From positions 1 to 53,164 of the forward strand of contig CBDESZ010000008.1 of assembly GCA_965242725.1 (NCBI GenBank): 53,164 bases of DNA, read 5' to 3'. Position numbers and translations under genes: made by a program. The first letter of the stretch is position 1. The number at the start of each line of letters is the position of its first letter. Of this stretch, positions 10,269 through 22,422 are shown one piece after another. This DNA comes from Alkalispirochaeta sp. (lineage in GTDB: Bacteria > Spirochaetota > Spirochaetia > DSM-27196 > Alkalispirochaetaceae). The notes beneath the pieces were generated by a model, which saw only the letters and a list, made by a program, of their open reading frames with translations, was not told where the DNA came from and ran no database searches.

Positions 10269-10877
10269 ATGATTGACCTGATACAACGAGGGGGAGTGAT
10301 ATTCGTTATCATTTTGGTACTCTCAGTCGTCGCCGTCGCGATCGTTATCGAACGGCTGCTGTACTTCAAGAAGAACCGTGTCGATGAAGACACGATCATG
10401 CGCCGTCTTGAGACGACGCTGACGAAAGGAAACTTCAACGAAGCGCTCGCCGTCTGTGAAGCGATGCCCAGTCCGATTACCAACCTCATGCGAGTCGGTA
10501 TCGAGCATCGTACCTACTCCCGGGAAGTCATAAAGATGGCCATCAGCGATGCCGCCAATATGGAGATTCCCCGGATGGAGCGGTTCCTTTCATCCCTCGG
10601 AACGATTGCCCATGTCACCCCCCTCCTGGGATTGCTCGGTACCGTTACGGGTAATATTCAGGCCTTTGGTGTCCTCGGTGAAACGGGCGTCGGCAGCGGC
10701 GATCCCGCCGTCCTCGCCCAGGGCATTTCCGAAGCGCTTCTCACAACCGCGGCGGGTATTATCGTGTCCATACCGGCAATTGCCTTTTACAACTACCTGG
10801 TGAACAAGGTGAACCACTCGATCATTCGTCTGGAAAACCGGGTGAATGAACTCGTTCTCTACCTGAAACGGGATTGA
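10269..10877 (+). CDS. exbB: MotA/TolQ/ExbB proton channel protein
   Basis: LGTIAHVTPLLGLLGTVTG and GISEALLTTAAGIIVSIPA motifs; AGGAG Shine-Dalgarno upstream. Confidence 0.92.
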   Translation: MIDLIQRGGVIFVIILVLSVVAVAIVIERLLYFKKNRVDEDTIMRRLETTLTKGNFNEALAVCEAMPSPITNLMRVGIEHRTYSREVIKMAISDAANMEIPRMERFLSSLGTIAHVTPLLGLLGTVTGNIQAFGVLGETGVGSGDPAVLAQGISEALLTTAAGIIVSIPAIAFYNYLVNKVNHSIIRLENRVNELVLYLKRD

Positions 10878-10881
10878 AACG

Positions 10882-11298
10882 ATGCAGTTTCGTAAACGTC
10901 TTCAACCGATGGTAAATGTCGACCTCGTTCCCATGATCGACGTCGTATTCCAGCTGGTCATTTTCTTTATGCTTTCAAGTACCCTCGTGACCCGTACGGG
11001 ACTGAACCTCGATTTGCCCAACGCATCGAGTGTTCAGGAGACGGTTACAAGCAGTCTGGTCCTGACCGTTGTCTCCGACAATGAAATAATACTCGGGGAA
11101 ACGTCCCTGACCATGCGGGAATTTTCGGCCCTCCTTGAGGAGCGGAGCGCCGAGTACGAGGGACGATCAATATCCATAGAGGCCGACTCGTCCCTGCAGT
11201 ACGGTACGATGGTCCAGGTCCTGGACATTCTTCGTCGCAACGGCTTTCGCGGTGCCAACCTTGTGGCGGAGCAGGTGCCGCCGGAGGACACACGCTGA
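10882..11298 (+). CDS. exbD: ExbD/TolR biopolymer transport protein
   Basis: VDLVPMIDVVFQLVIFFML transmembrane segment with the conserved Asp; periplasmic IEADSSLQYGTMVQVLDILRRNG. Confidence 0.92.
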   Translation: MQFRKRLQPMVNVDLVPMIDVVFQLVIFFMLSSTLVTRTGLNLDLPNASSVQETVTSSLVLTVVSDNEIILGETSLTMREFSALLEERSAEYEGRSISIEADSSLQYGTMVQVLDILRRNGFRGANLVAEQVPPEDTR

Positions 11299-12596
11299 AA
11301 CGTCTCGTTGCGACCGTCACATCCCTCATCTCCAACGACCGCAGGCGGATCATAACGGCCACCGTCGTCGCGTTGATTATTCACGGCGTGATCTTCCTCG
11401 TCTTTCCCGTCATTCCGGAGCGTACCATTCCCGACTTTCAGGCGCCCCTGTACGTCTCATTTGATCCCCTGGCGGGGACGGCTGCTGAAGAGGAAGAGCC
11501 GTCGGAGCCGGTCGAGCCTCCGGCACCTGAGCCTCAAGAGATGCCGACCGAGGAGATCACCGTTCCCGAGGGTGATACCGACGGCGGCGCGGCAGAAGCA
11601 GCTGAAGCGCCTCCCGCTGCTTCGGAGCCGCAACGCACGCCGGCAACACCCGCAACGACGCCGGCAACACCTCCCGCCGCGACCGTTCAGCGACAAAGCA
11701 CCCCGCCAATACGCAGAAGTGTGACACCCCAGCGTTCAAACACACCCACGCAGCCGCGGACGCCGCCGGCGGCGACACCCACACAACCTGCGGTGCCGCA
11801 GGAAAGGCAGACGCAGGAACCCCGGGGAAGTGCGTCGGAGACGACTCCCGCCGAGGACGATACGCCGCCCACGGCGCCGACGACGCCTGAGGTCGCGTCC
11901 ATCCCGCAGGCCGCGCCGGAACCCGCGCCACGGCGGACGCCGCCGCAGCGGGTGGGGCGTCCCACTGCCGCCGGAACGACATCGCAAAGCGCTCCCTCCC
12001 AGGTCGCCACGCAGATGGAGGCGATCGCCGACATCCAGGATGAATATATCCAGGCACTGGAGGCGTGGGAAACGGAACAGGCGAGTCGCGCCCGAAGTGC
12101 GGAGGGTGAGGACGCACCCGTCGACGACGGATCAGCATCGTCACAACCCCGCTTTGCGGACTTTCAGGATGCCCTGAGCAGAATGATCGCCGGTATCGAA
12201 TCGGCGGCAAACGTCGTGCGCTCAAACAGCCCCGACGCCGCTCCGGGCCGGGAGAGTACCCGCAACGACGGCGTGGACGGTCCGGGCATACAGGGAGTGG
12301 CCATAGGCGAGGGGAGCTCACAGCGGCGCCTTGTGAGAGGAGCGTCACCGGATATATCGGCAGTGGATCTGCCGTCGGCGTTTCCTCCGGAGTACGCGGC
12401 GGTGGTCGATTTTTCAGTTGCTCCCGACGGAACGGTAACTTCCGCCCGGTTGCGTCGACCGACACCGGCGCCGCAGCTCGATGCCCGTCTCGTTGCGACT
12501 GTGCGCGCATGGCGCTTTGAACCCGCCCCTGGTGGGGGTTCCGGAGCGGTGTCCGGTTCCGTTACCATTATCGTAGATACCCGCAGCGAGAGTTGA
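11295..12596 (+). CDS. tonB: TonB/TolA-like energy transducer
   Basis: N-terminal TM with His (VVALIIHGVIFLVF), a long Pro/Thr/Glu-rich linker and a TonB_C-like domain (VVDFSVAPDGTVTSARL...LDARLVATVRAWRFEPA). The in-frame CTG at 11295 follows GGAGG; the ORF track starts at TTG 11373. Confidence 0.82.
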   Translation: MKRLVATVTSLISNDRRRIITATVVALIIHGVIFLVFPVIPERTIPDFQAPLYVSFDPLAGTAAEEEEPSEPVEPPAPEPQEMPTEEITVPEGDTDGGAAEAAEAPPAASEPQRTPATPATTPATPPAATVQRQSTPPIRRSVTPQRSNTPTQPRTPPAATPTQPAVPQERQTQEPRGSASETTPAEDDTPPTAPTTPEVASIPQAAPEPAPRRTPPQRVGRPTAAGTTSQSAPSQVATQMEAIADIQDEYIQALEAWETEQASRARSAEGEDAPVDDGSASSQPRFADFQDALSRMIAGIESAANVVRSNSPDAAPGRESTRNDGVDGPGIQGVAIGEGSSQRRLVRGASPDISAVDLPSAFPPEYAAVVDFSVAPDGTVTSARLRRPTPAPQLDARLVATVRAWRFEPAPGGGSGAVSGSVTIIVDTRSES

Positions 12597-12599
12597 TAC

Positions 12600-13310
12600 A
12601 TGAACGGACAGGAACCGGCCATACGAGCCGTCGCATTTGACATCGACGGCACCCTCTATCCCAATTTCCCCATGTACGTCGTTTCCATTCCCGTGGTGGT
12701 CCGGAATATGCGCCTCTTCCGCGCCTTCGGTCGGGCCCGCAAGATCGTCCGCAATGAACGCCCCCTTGCGGACCTTTTCGGACGAACCGCGCAGATCGTT
12801 GCGGAAGAACTTGGCCGCGACGTGGACGACGTATCCGCCGAGATTACCCGGGTCATTTACGACCAATGGGAGTCGCTCCTCCGCCGGGTGTCACTCTACG
12901 ACGGTGCGGAAGATCTGGTCAGGAAGGTCCGTCAACGTGGCGTTCCGACGGCGGCGATGTCGGACTTTCCGGTTCGACGCAAGCTGGAGCTCCTCGGAAT
13001 AGTGGACCTCTGGGACGTCGCGTTTTCCTCGGAGGAAACGGGGTATCTCAAGCCCAATCCCGAACCCTTTCAGCGCCTCATCGATGAACTCCGGTTGCCA
13101 CCTGAAGAGATACTCTATGTGGGCAACAGTCTCCATTACGATATTTTCGGTGCCCGGAACCTGGGGCTGCGTACGGCCCATATTACCGGTCGCCGCAGCT
13201 CCTCTGCGGCGGATTTCTCCTTCCGTCGATATGCGGAGCTATGGGAGTGGCTTGAACCGCGTCTCCCGGAAAGCCAGGACAACCGTCGTGGCGACGGCCC
13301 AATTGTATAG
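12600..13310 (+). CDS. HAD-superfamily hydrolase
   Basis: FDIDGTLY motif I, KPNPEPF, and YVGNSLHYDIFGA motif IV. Confidence 0.9.
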   Translation: MNGQEPAIRAVAFDIDGTLYPNFPMYVVSIPVVVRNMRLFRAFGRARKIVRNERPLADLFGRTAQIVAEELGRDVDDVSAEITRVIYDQWESLLRRVSLYDGAEDLVRKVRQRGVPTAAMSDFPVRRKLELLGIVDLWDVAFSSEETGYLKPNPEPFQRLIDELRLPPEEILYVGNSLHYDIFGARNLGLRTAHITGRRSSSAADFSFRRYAELWEWLEPRLPESQDNRRGDGPIV

Positions 13311-13330
13311 ATGTCAAAGTGTATAGATGA

Positions 13331-13358
13331 TTCACAGCACGTACAAAAGTGCTATACT
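13331..13358 (+). promoter_or_regulatory. sigma70-like promoter of the coiled-coil gene
   Basis: TTCACA(13331-13336)-N16-TATACT(13353-13358), with extended -10 TG. Confidence 0.45.
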
Positions 13359-13389
13359 ATTGGGCAACTGGGAATTGGGAGAGGGAATT

Positions 13390-16300
13390 ATGGGATTTAC
13401 CATCGGCGATATTGTCGTCCTGTTGGTCGTGGTAGTTATCCTCGCCGTGTACCGACAGACTGATCGCAACAACAGATCCTTGGAAAAGGTAAAACGATTT
13501 GTAGAACGTGTACAGGGCGAAATGGATGAGATCGTGGCCGAGAAGGTCACCATGCTGAAAGACATCGGCATAGAAGTAGACGTTCATCAGAAAGCTGCAA
13601 AGGAAGTCCTGAAGCGTATTCACGCCATTGAGGAAGATCTCACCTCCCGCACCGGTACTCTGGAAGAGATAGGTACCCGCCTGACCCAGTATGAAAATGT
13701 CCTGGACCAGCTCGTTGAAATGACGAGGCGCACCGAGGAAAACATCGGTCGCGTCCGCGACGAGAGTGAATACGTAGACAAGGTCGGAAAGAGAATCAGA
13801 GCGACACAGGGGAAGATTGAAGAGCTTGAGCGTTCACTTCCCGGTATCGTTTCCGGATTTGAAAAACAGAACGAAGAGCGCCTCGCCGATCTGGAAGAGC
13901 GGATGTTTGCCTCGGGGGAACAGCGCATCGCCACATTGACCGGCCGTGTCGACGGAGGCCGATACGCGGGTGCAGGAGTTCCAGGAAGAGGTTGTACGAC
14001 TGCAGGGTGAAACCGAGGAATATATTCAGCAGTCACGTCGGGAGCTGGAGAGTCTTCATGCCGCATTGATGGACGAGACGCCAGGGAAGGCGTGGCGGAA
14101 GTCGGCTCCGGTGTCGTCCGGGAACTGAACGACAAAGAGCGGGAAATACGGGAAACCATGGAGACCTGGGACGCCCGGACCCGCGATTTTCAGACCGACA
14201 GTGAACAGGTGATCAGAACACTCCAGGAGTCCCTCGATCAGTCTGTACAGGAAGCCCGGGACGGTATCGCGGAGCTCGGACGTCGCGGCCGGGCGCTGGA
14301 AGAGGAGAGCCTTGCCGCCCTGACGACGTATATACAGCAGCAAAGCGCCTCCGTCAGGGAGGAGCTGGAAGGGCGGATCGGCGATCTTGCATCCCGGGAT
14401 GCCTCGCTGATTGAGGACGCCCACGCCGCCATGGAGAGCCGCCACCGGGAATCCGGTGAACAGGTGGAACGGCGCCTTGCGGAGATGTCACGGGAGTTTG
14501 AACAGCATGTGGAAGAGACGAAGGAACACCTTCGTGGCGAAATATCGACAATCGGAGATACCTTCCAGAGTCTTTCAGGCGAGGTGGACAGTACAACAGC
14601 CCGCATCGACGAGACGCTGCAACTCCTGAACTCCAGGGTGGACAATCTCGATCACACAACGTCACAACAGATTTCGGAGATCAAGGAGCGGCTGGAGTCC
14701 CACGCCTATGATGTGACCACCGAGATTGAAGGGGAGCGTCAGCGACTGACTGCGGGGCTGGCGGAACTTTCCGACACCTACCGGCGCGACCGGGACGCAA
14801 TGACCCAGCTTGAACAGGAGCTGCAGGGTGTCATCTCCCGGACGGCGGAGGATCTGTCCGGGGTCGATTCCTCCGTTTCAAAACGGGTTGAAGAACTGGA
14901 GACGCGTCTCGCATCCCGAATCGATACCTCCGCGCGAACGATGGAGACGCAGATACTCTCCGATCTGGAAAAGCGACTGACCGACTATGAAAAGGGACTG
15001 AACTATCGCTTTACGAAGATCGAGTCGGTCAACCATGACATCGACAATCTCGAAGAGCAAATGCGAAGTACCATGGACCGCATCAGCGAGCGCATACGCG
15101 GCGATTTTCTCGCATTCGGCGAGGAGCTGCGTGAACTGCGGGAGGCGGACAGAAAAGAAGGCCAGGATGCGATGGAGCTCCTTCGACAGGAAATGGGCGC
15201 CCTCGAGAACGGGCTCAATGAACTGAAAGAACGGGCCTATGAAAATGTCAGCGAGAAGCTGAAGGTCTTTGAAGACGAGTTCTTTGCCGATTTGAAAACA
15301 CGGTCCAACGAAATGGAGGATCAAATCCACGAGTGGCGGGAGAACGTCCACGCCCGTCTGGCGGCTATGGAAGAGGAGCATTATGAAGCTCGGGACCGAC
15401 TTGAAGCCTCCTATGATGAGGAACTGCGGTCAAGAATCGGCACATTTCAGGAGCAGATCACCGGTCAGTTGCGAAAGACGGAGCAGCAGATCGAAACCGC
15501 CCGGGAGGGTCTGCATACCCGGCTGAACGCCCTGGATGAACAGGTGCTTGGATTTGACGAGACGATCAAGGACGAACTTGAATCGTTGAAGGATCGGTCA
15601 TTCCAGACATTTCGCGCCGAGTTCTCCCAGGCGAACAATCGTGTCCGTGACGACTTGAAATCTTTCGAGACGGAGGTCGATGAACAGATCGCCGCCATTC
15701 GTTCGGGTATCAAGAACGACACGGGAGAACTGGAAAACATGGTTGAAGCGTCCCGCAGCGACGTTGCGGTGTGGCAGACGGAAGTTCTCAACAAGTTGCG
15801 ATCCGGGAGCGCCGACGTCAACAATCAGCTTGCCGATACAAAGGTGCGCATTTCCGAGAACCTCCAGGAACTGAAGCGTGAGTTCAGCGATGAACGGAAC
15901 GAGCTGGTGGAGGAGAGCAAAGAGGAGCGGTCGCGGATCCGTGAGGAAATCGGTGAGCTGTCCACCTCTCTTGATACGCTGCAACAGCGTCTCGCGACGG
16001 TCTCCCGTGACGCGATGGAGGGAATCCAGGAGCGATACCGGACGATCCGGAAGGATATCGACGAGCATGAGTCGGAGGTGACGGAACGCATCGACGACCG
16101 GTCGACGGCGTTCCGGGAGCTTGTAGAAGACACCCATCGCCAGTTCCAGGCGATGCGGGAACGACTGCTCGGCAAGCTTGAGGAAGAGTCCCGCACCCTG
16201 GAGACGACCCTTACGGAAATCGACAAGCGGCAGCGTTCCTTTATCGAGCAGACAAAGATATTCGACCGTGCCGATTCCCTGAAAATCGCCCTGGACGAGA

Positions 16301-17130
16301 ATATTGAAGAGTTGAAGGCTGAAATTTCACGTGTCGAGGGTATGCGCGGGGAGATTCGGGATATCGAGGGGCAGTTTGCGAAAATACGGAAGATGTCCGC
16401 CGATATGGGTGAGAAAATGGCGCGCTTTTCCGCGGACAAACGTCGGATCGACCTCCTGGAGGAGGATTACAAGCGGCTGATCACGCTGGCCCAGTCGGTT
16501 GAACAGAAGATCGACCATGTGGGGAACAGCGACGAGCAATTGCGCGATATCACCGCTCGGCTCAAGAGTCTGGACGAACTGCAGGAAGAGGTGGAAGTGC
16601 GCTTCGAACGCCTTGAAAAGCGGCGTTCCCTGATCGATCAGACGGCGGACGGACTCGAGTCCAACAGCCGGGCCCTTGAAACAATAGAAAGCCGAATCGG
16701 AGAAATTACCGATCAGATCGAGGCGATGCCCGCATCGGTGAACTCCCTGGCGAGTCAGCTGAAAAAGATACTCGCCGCGAAGAAGGATACCGACACCGCG
16801 GTGACGCAGCTTGCCAATCTGGAACAGACCCTCGCCGATGTCGAGTCTCGCATGTCCGAGCTGCAGACGGCGCGGGAGTGGCTCGCGCGGACGGAAACCC
16901 GTCTTGAAGAGATTCGCCGGGATGCGGGTGAGCAGGTGAAGCTTCTCGGCTCCATCATGCGGGAGGAAGCTCGGAAAAACCCCTCCGACGGGGGAGCGCC
17001 TTCGCTTTCCGCCCGTGAAACGGTGCAGAAACTTGCCCATCAGGGATGGAAGGTGGACGAAATTGCCAGGGCGACGAAAGTCAGCAAGGGCGAAGTGGAA
17101 CTCATTCTGGAGCTTACGGGTAAAAAATAG
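13390..17130 (+). CDS. Spirochaete giant coiled-coil protein (SpiroCoCo-like), ~1245 aa, two apparent frameshifts
   Basis: N-terminal TM followed by YRQTDRNNRSLEKVKRF, long heptad-rich helices, and a C-terminal HTH-like ETVQKLAHQGWKVDEIARATKVSKGEVELILEL. ORFs 13327, 13946 and 14092 join after removing +1 (~13953) and +2 (~14076) insertions. ATG 13390 follows GGAGAGGGA. Confidence 0.8.
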
Positions 17131-17180
17131 AGTTCTCCCGGGGCGGCTGTACCGCCGCGGTGTTCCGTGCCGTCGGATGG

Positions 17181-17209
17181 TTGACGGACACGGCGGGTGT
17201 TTGTATTTT
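17181..17209 (+). promoter_or_regulatory. sigma70-like promoter of grpE-dnaK-dnaJ
   Basis: TTGACG(17181-17186)-N17-TATTTT(17204-17209). Confidence 0.45.
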
Positions 17210-17244
17210 CTTTGCAATCAATAGAAAGCACGCAGAGGAACTAT

Positions 17245-19965
<2,721 letters not shown>

Positions 19966-19983
19966 CGCTGAGGCGGTTGACCG

Positions 19984-21120
19984 TTGGCAAAGCGTGACTA
20001 CTACGAGGTGCTCGGGGTTTCCCGGGACGCCTCGGTGGACGACATAAAAAAGGCGTATCGCAAGATCGCCGTCCAAAACCATCCCGATCGTAATCCCGGA
20101 GACTCGGCGGCGGAAGATCGCTTCAAGGAGGCGACGGAAGCCTACGAGGTTCTGGCCAATGCGGACAAGCGCCGCGCCTATGATCAGTACGGCTTCGCCG
20201 GACTGGAAGGGATGGGCGGCGGCGCCCAGGGATTTTCTTCATCGGCCTTCAGAGATTTCGAGGATATATTCGGGGACTTTTCCGGAATCTTCGAGTCATT
20301 TTTCGGCGGCGGCGGAACGAGGGGACGTACATCCCGTGGTCGCGGCGGACCGCCCCGGGGGTCGGATCTGCGATACGATCTGGAGATATCCTTTACCGAT
20401 GCCGCCTTCGGGACGAAGGTGGAGATCGCCTACGAGCCGTGAAACGGCGTGCGAGAAGTGCGGCGGCACCGGTGCTGCCCACGGCAGCGGCAGGAAGACC
20501 ATGCCCAACCTGCGGCGGAGCGGGGCAGGTGCGGCGGAGCAGCGGATTCTTTTCAAGTCGCCTCAGTGTGTCCGACCTGTAACGGGGAAGGGTCGATTGT
20601 CGAAAAGCCGTGTGACAGTTGCGGCGGAAACGGCGTTGTTAAGAAACGACAACGCGTCAAGGTTACCATTCCCGCCGGGATTTCACACGGTCAGCGGATT
20701 TCCATTCCCCGGCAGGGTGATGCGGCGCGGGGAGGTGGTGAGCCCGGGGATCTGCATGTGATTGTCCATGTCCTGCCCCATAAGCACTTTGAGCGGCAGG
20801 GGAAACGATCTCTACTGCGCCGTCCCGATCAGTTATACTCAGGCGGCCCTCGGAACGGATATTCAGGTCCCCCACCCTCGACGGGAAGCGGGTAAAGGTG
20901 AAAATCCCCTCGGGAACACAGCACGGAAAGGTGCTGCGGACTGAGAAACGAGGGAATACCCGGTCGTCAACAGCGGACGCAGGGGTGATCTGTACATCAA
21001 ACTCCAGGTGACGGTTCCGAAACACATTTCGGGAAAGGCCAAGTCCCTCCTCAAGGGAACTTGCCACCCTTGAGGGAGAAGAAAGTTCCCCCCGATCCGA
21101 TTCCGCTGAAAGAGTTGTGA
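19984..21120 (+). CDS. dnaJ: Chaperone DnaJ (multiple apparent frameshifts)
   Basis: J domain with [10 protein letters not shown] region, CxxCxGxG repeats ([24 protein letters not shown]) and GDLHV; stop TGA at 21118-21120. Confidence 0.94.
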
Positions 21121-21123
21121 CAT

Positions 21124-21152
21124 TAAATACCACCCCGCCTTCTCGCCGATAA
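21124..21152 (+). promoter_or_regulatory. Possible sigma28 (FliA)-type promoter
   Basis: Perfect GCCGATAA (21145-21152) in an intergenic gap. TAAA lies at 21124-21127, giving a spacer of 17 against the canonical 15. Confidence 0.35.
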
Positions 21153-21172
21153 GGTGAGTCTAAGGGGGTGGT

Positions 21173-21603
21173 GTGTCCATACAAAGAGCTGTACAGGCAT
21201 TGGTCCTTTTCACGATGACGATGACCTTTCTGGGGGCACAGACGATGGAGACCGGGGAGGAGCGGCAGGAAGATATTCCAAGGATATTTCCCGTCGATGA
21301 GTATGATTCCACATGGATCGTGGGCGACACAAACGGCGATGGACGCACAGACTACGCCCTCAAGCGCACCGAAGAAGGGTCTCAAAACGGTTTGAAGTTA
21401 TTGACTTCAACGGTGACGGTCTGATGGACGACTTCTATTTTTATCGGAATGAAGTTCTCTATCGGGAAGAACTGGATACCAATTACGACGGAAACATCGA
21501 TTTGTGGATTTACATGTTCGACGGCGTGCGAATTGAACGGTATGAACGGGACACCAATTATGACGGCACCATCGATGTGGTCCGTGAATTCGGCGGAACG
21601 TGA
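21173..21603 (+). CDS. Small exported protein with four DxNxDG calcium-binding-like motifs (one apparent frameshift ~21380)
   Basis: Signal-like N-terminus; DTNGDGRTD, DFNGDGLMD, DTNYDGNID and DTNYDGTID spread over ORFs 21173..21424 and 21313..21603. Confidence 0.7.
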
Positions 21604-22376
21604 CGGTGATCTGGATTACACGGCGCCACGCCGTTGAGGCGGCCCTCCACTCCGGGACAAAAGGGGTTCTCTATGTCTCCCGACAGGATCCTCGGGTTTC
21701 CGGGCTGGTAGACGCGGCGACGAAACGGGGTCTTCCCGTACGTCACGTCGATACGGAGAGGCTGAAGCGTCTTGCCGGACAGGACGTCCGGGGTTTCGCA
21801 TTTCAGATGGAAAAACCCTCAGGAGAAGGTGCGGCGACGCCGACGGTGGAGCTCAAAGAATGGCTCACCTCCTTTCGCGGCGATTTTCCTTCACCGATAC
21901 TCGCCCTTGACCATATTACCGATCCCCACAATCTGGGAGCCATTCTCAGGTCCGCCCATTGGTTCGACGTGCCGCTGGTACTTATTCCGCAGAGACGAAG
22001 CGCCGGCACGGGAGATGTCGTTGCCCGTGCCTCCGCCGGTGCGGTGTCATATGTGCCGCTGGCACCGGTTACAAATCTCCGACAGGCGCTTCACCTGTGC
22101 CGGGAGGCGGGATACTGGATTTACGCCGCCGACGCGGGTGGCACCTCCATAGGAAAAGCGACGATACCGGGACCGACGGTCCTTGTCCTCGGTGGAGAGG
22201 GCACGGGCATATCCCGGGGACTTGAAAAAGTGATCGACGGCGTCGTGAGCATACCCCGCACGGGAGAAGGCGAGTCTACGGTGGATTCCCTCAACGTATC
22301 TGTTTCCGCGGGGATTCTGCTCTACGCCTACCGGTACGGTGTCAGTCGTTCCGGCGAAAAAAAAGGGAATCCCTGA
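21600..22376 (+). CDS. rlmB: TrmH/SpoU-family RNA methyltransferase (RlmB-like)
   Basis: LDHITDPHNLGAILRSA, VLGGEGTGI and SLNVSVSAGILLY. Confidence 0.85.
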   Translation: MTVIWITRRHAVEAALHSGTKGVLYVSRQDPRVSGLVDAATKRGLPVRHVDTERLKRLAGQDVRGFAFQMEKPSGEGAATPTVELKEWLTSFRGDFPSPILALDHITDPHNLGAILRSAHWFDVPLVLIPQRRSAGTGDVVARASAGAVSYVPLAPVTNLRQALHLCREAGYWIYAADAGGTSIGKATIPGPTVLVLGGEGTGISRGLEKVIDGVVSIPRTGEGESTVDSLNVSVSAGILLYAYRYGVSRSGEKKGNP

Positions 22377-22387
22377 CGGGATTCCCT
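22357..22387 (-). terminator. Intrinsic terminator of tatD, overlapping the rlmB 3' end
   Basis: The minus strand reads AGGGAATCCC-GTCA-GGGATTCCC followed by T8. Confidence 0.75.
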
Positions 22388-22422
22388 CTCATTGCGGTAC
22401 TCCCGCGCTTCCGCGGGATATT

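Noticed and set aside
11490..11960. Short repeats (CCGGCAACACC etc.) as a possible array
   Set aside because: These are codon-level repeats of the Pro/Ala/Thr TonB linker, with no fixed-length repeat-spacer structure, so not CRISPR.
13336..13353. AGCAC-N8-GTGCT resembling CIRCE
   Set aside because: The arm spacing is wrong (CIRCE cores are 13 nt apart), the outer bases do not match, and it is not in front of the chaperone genes.
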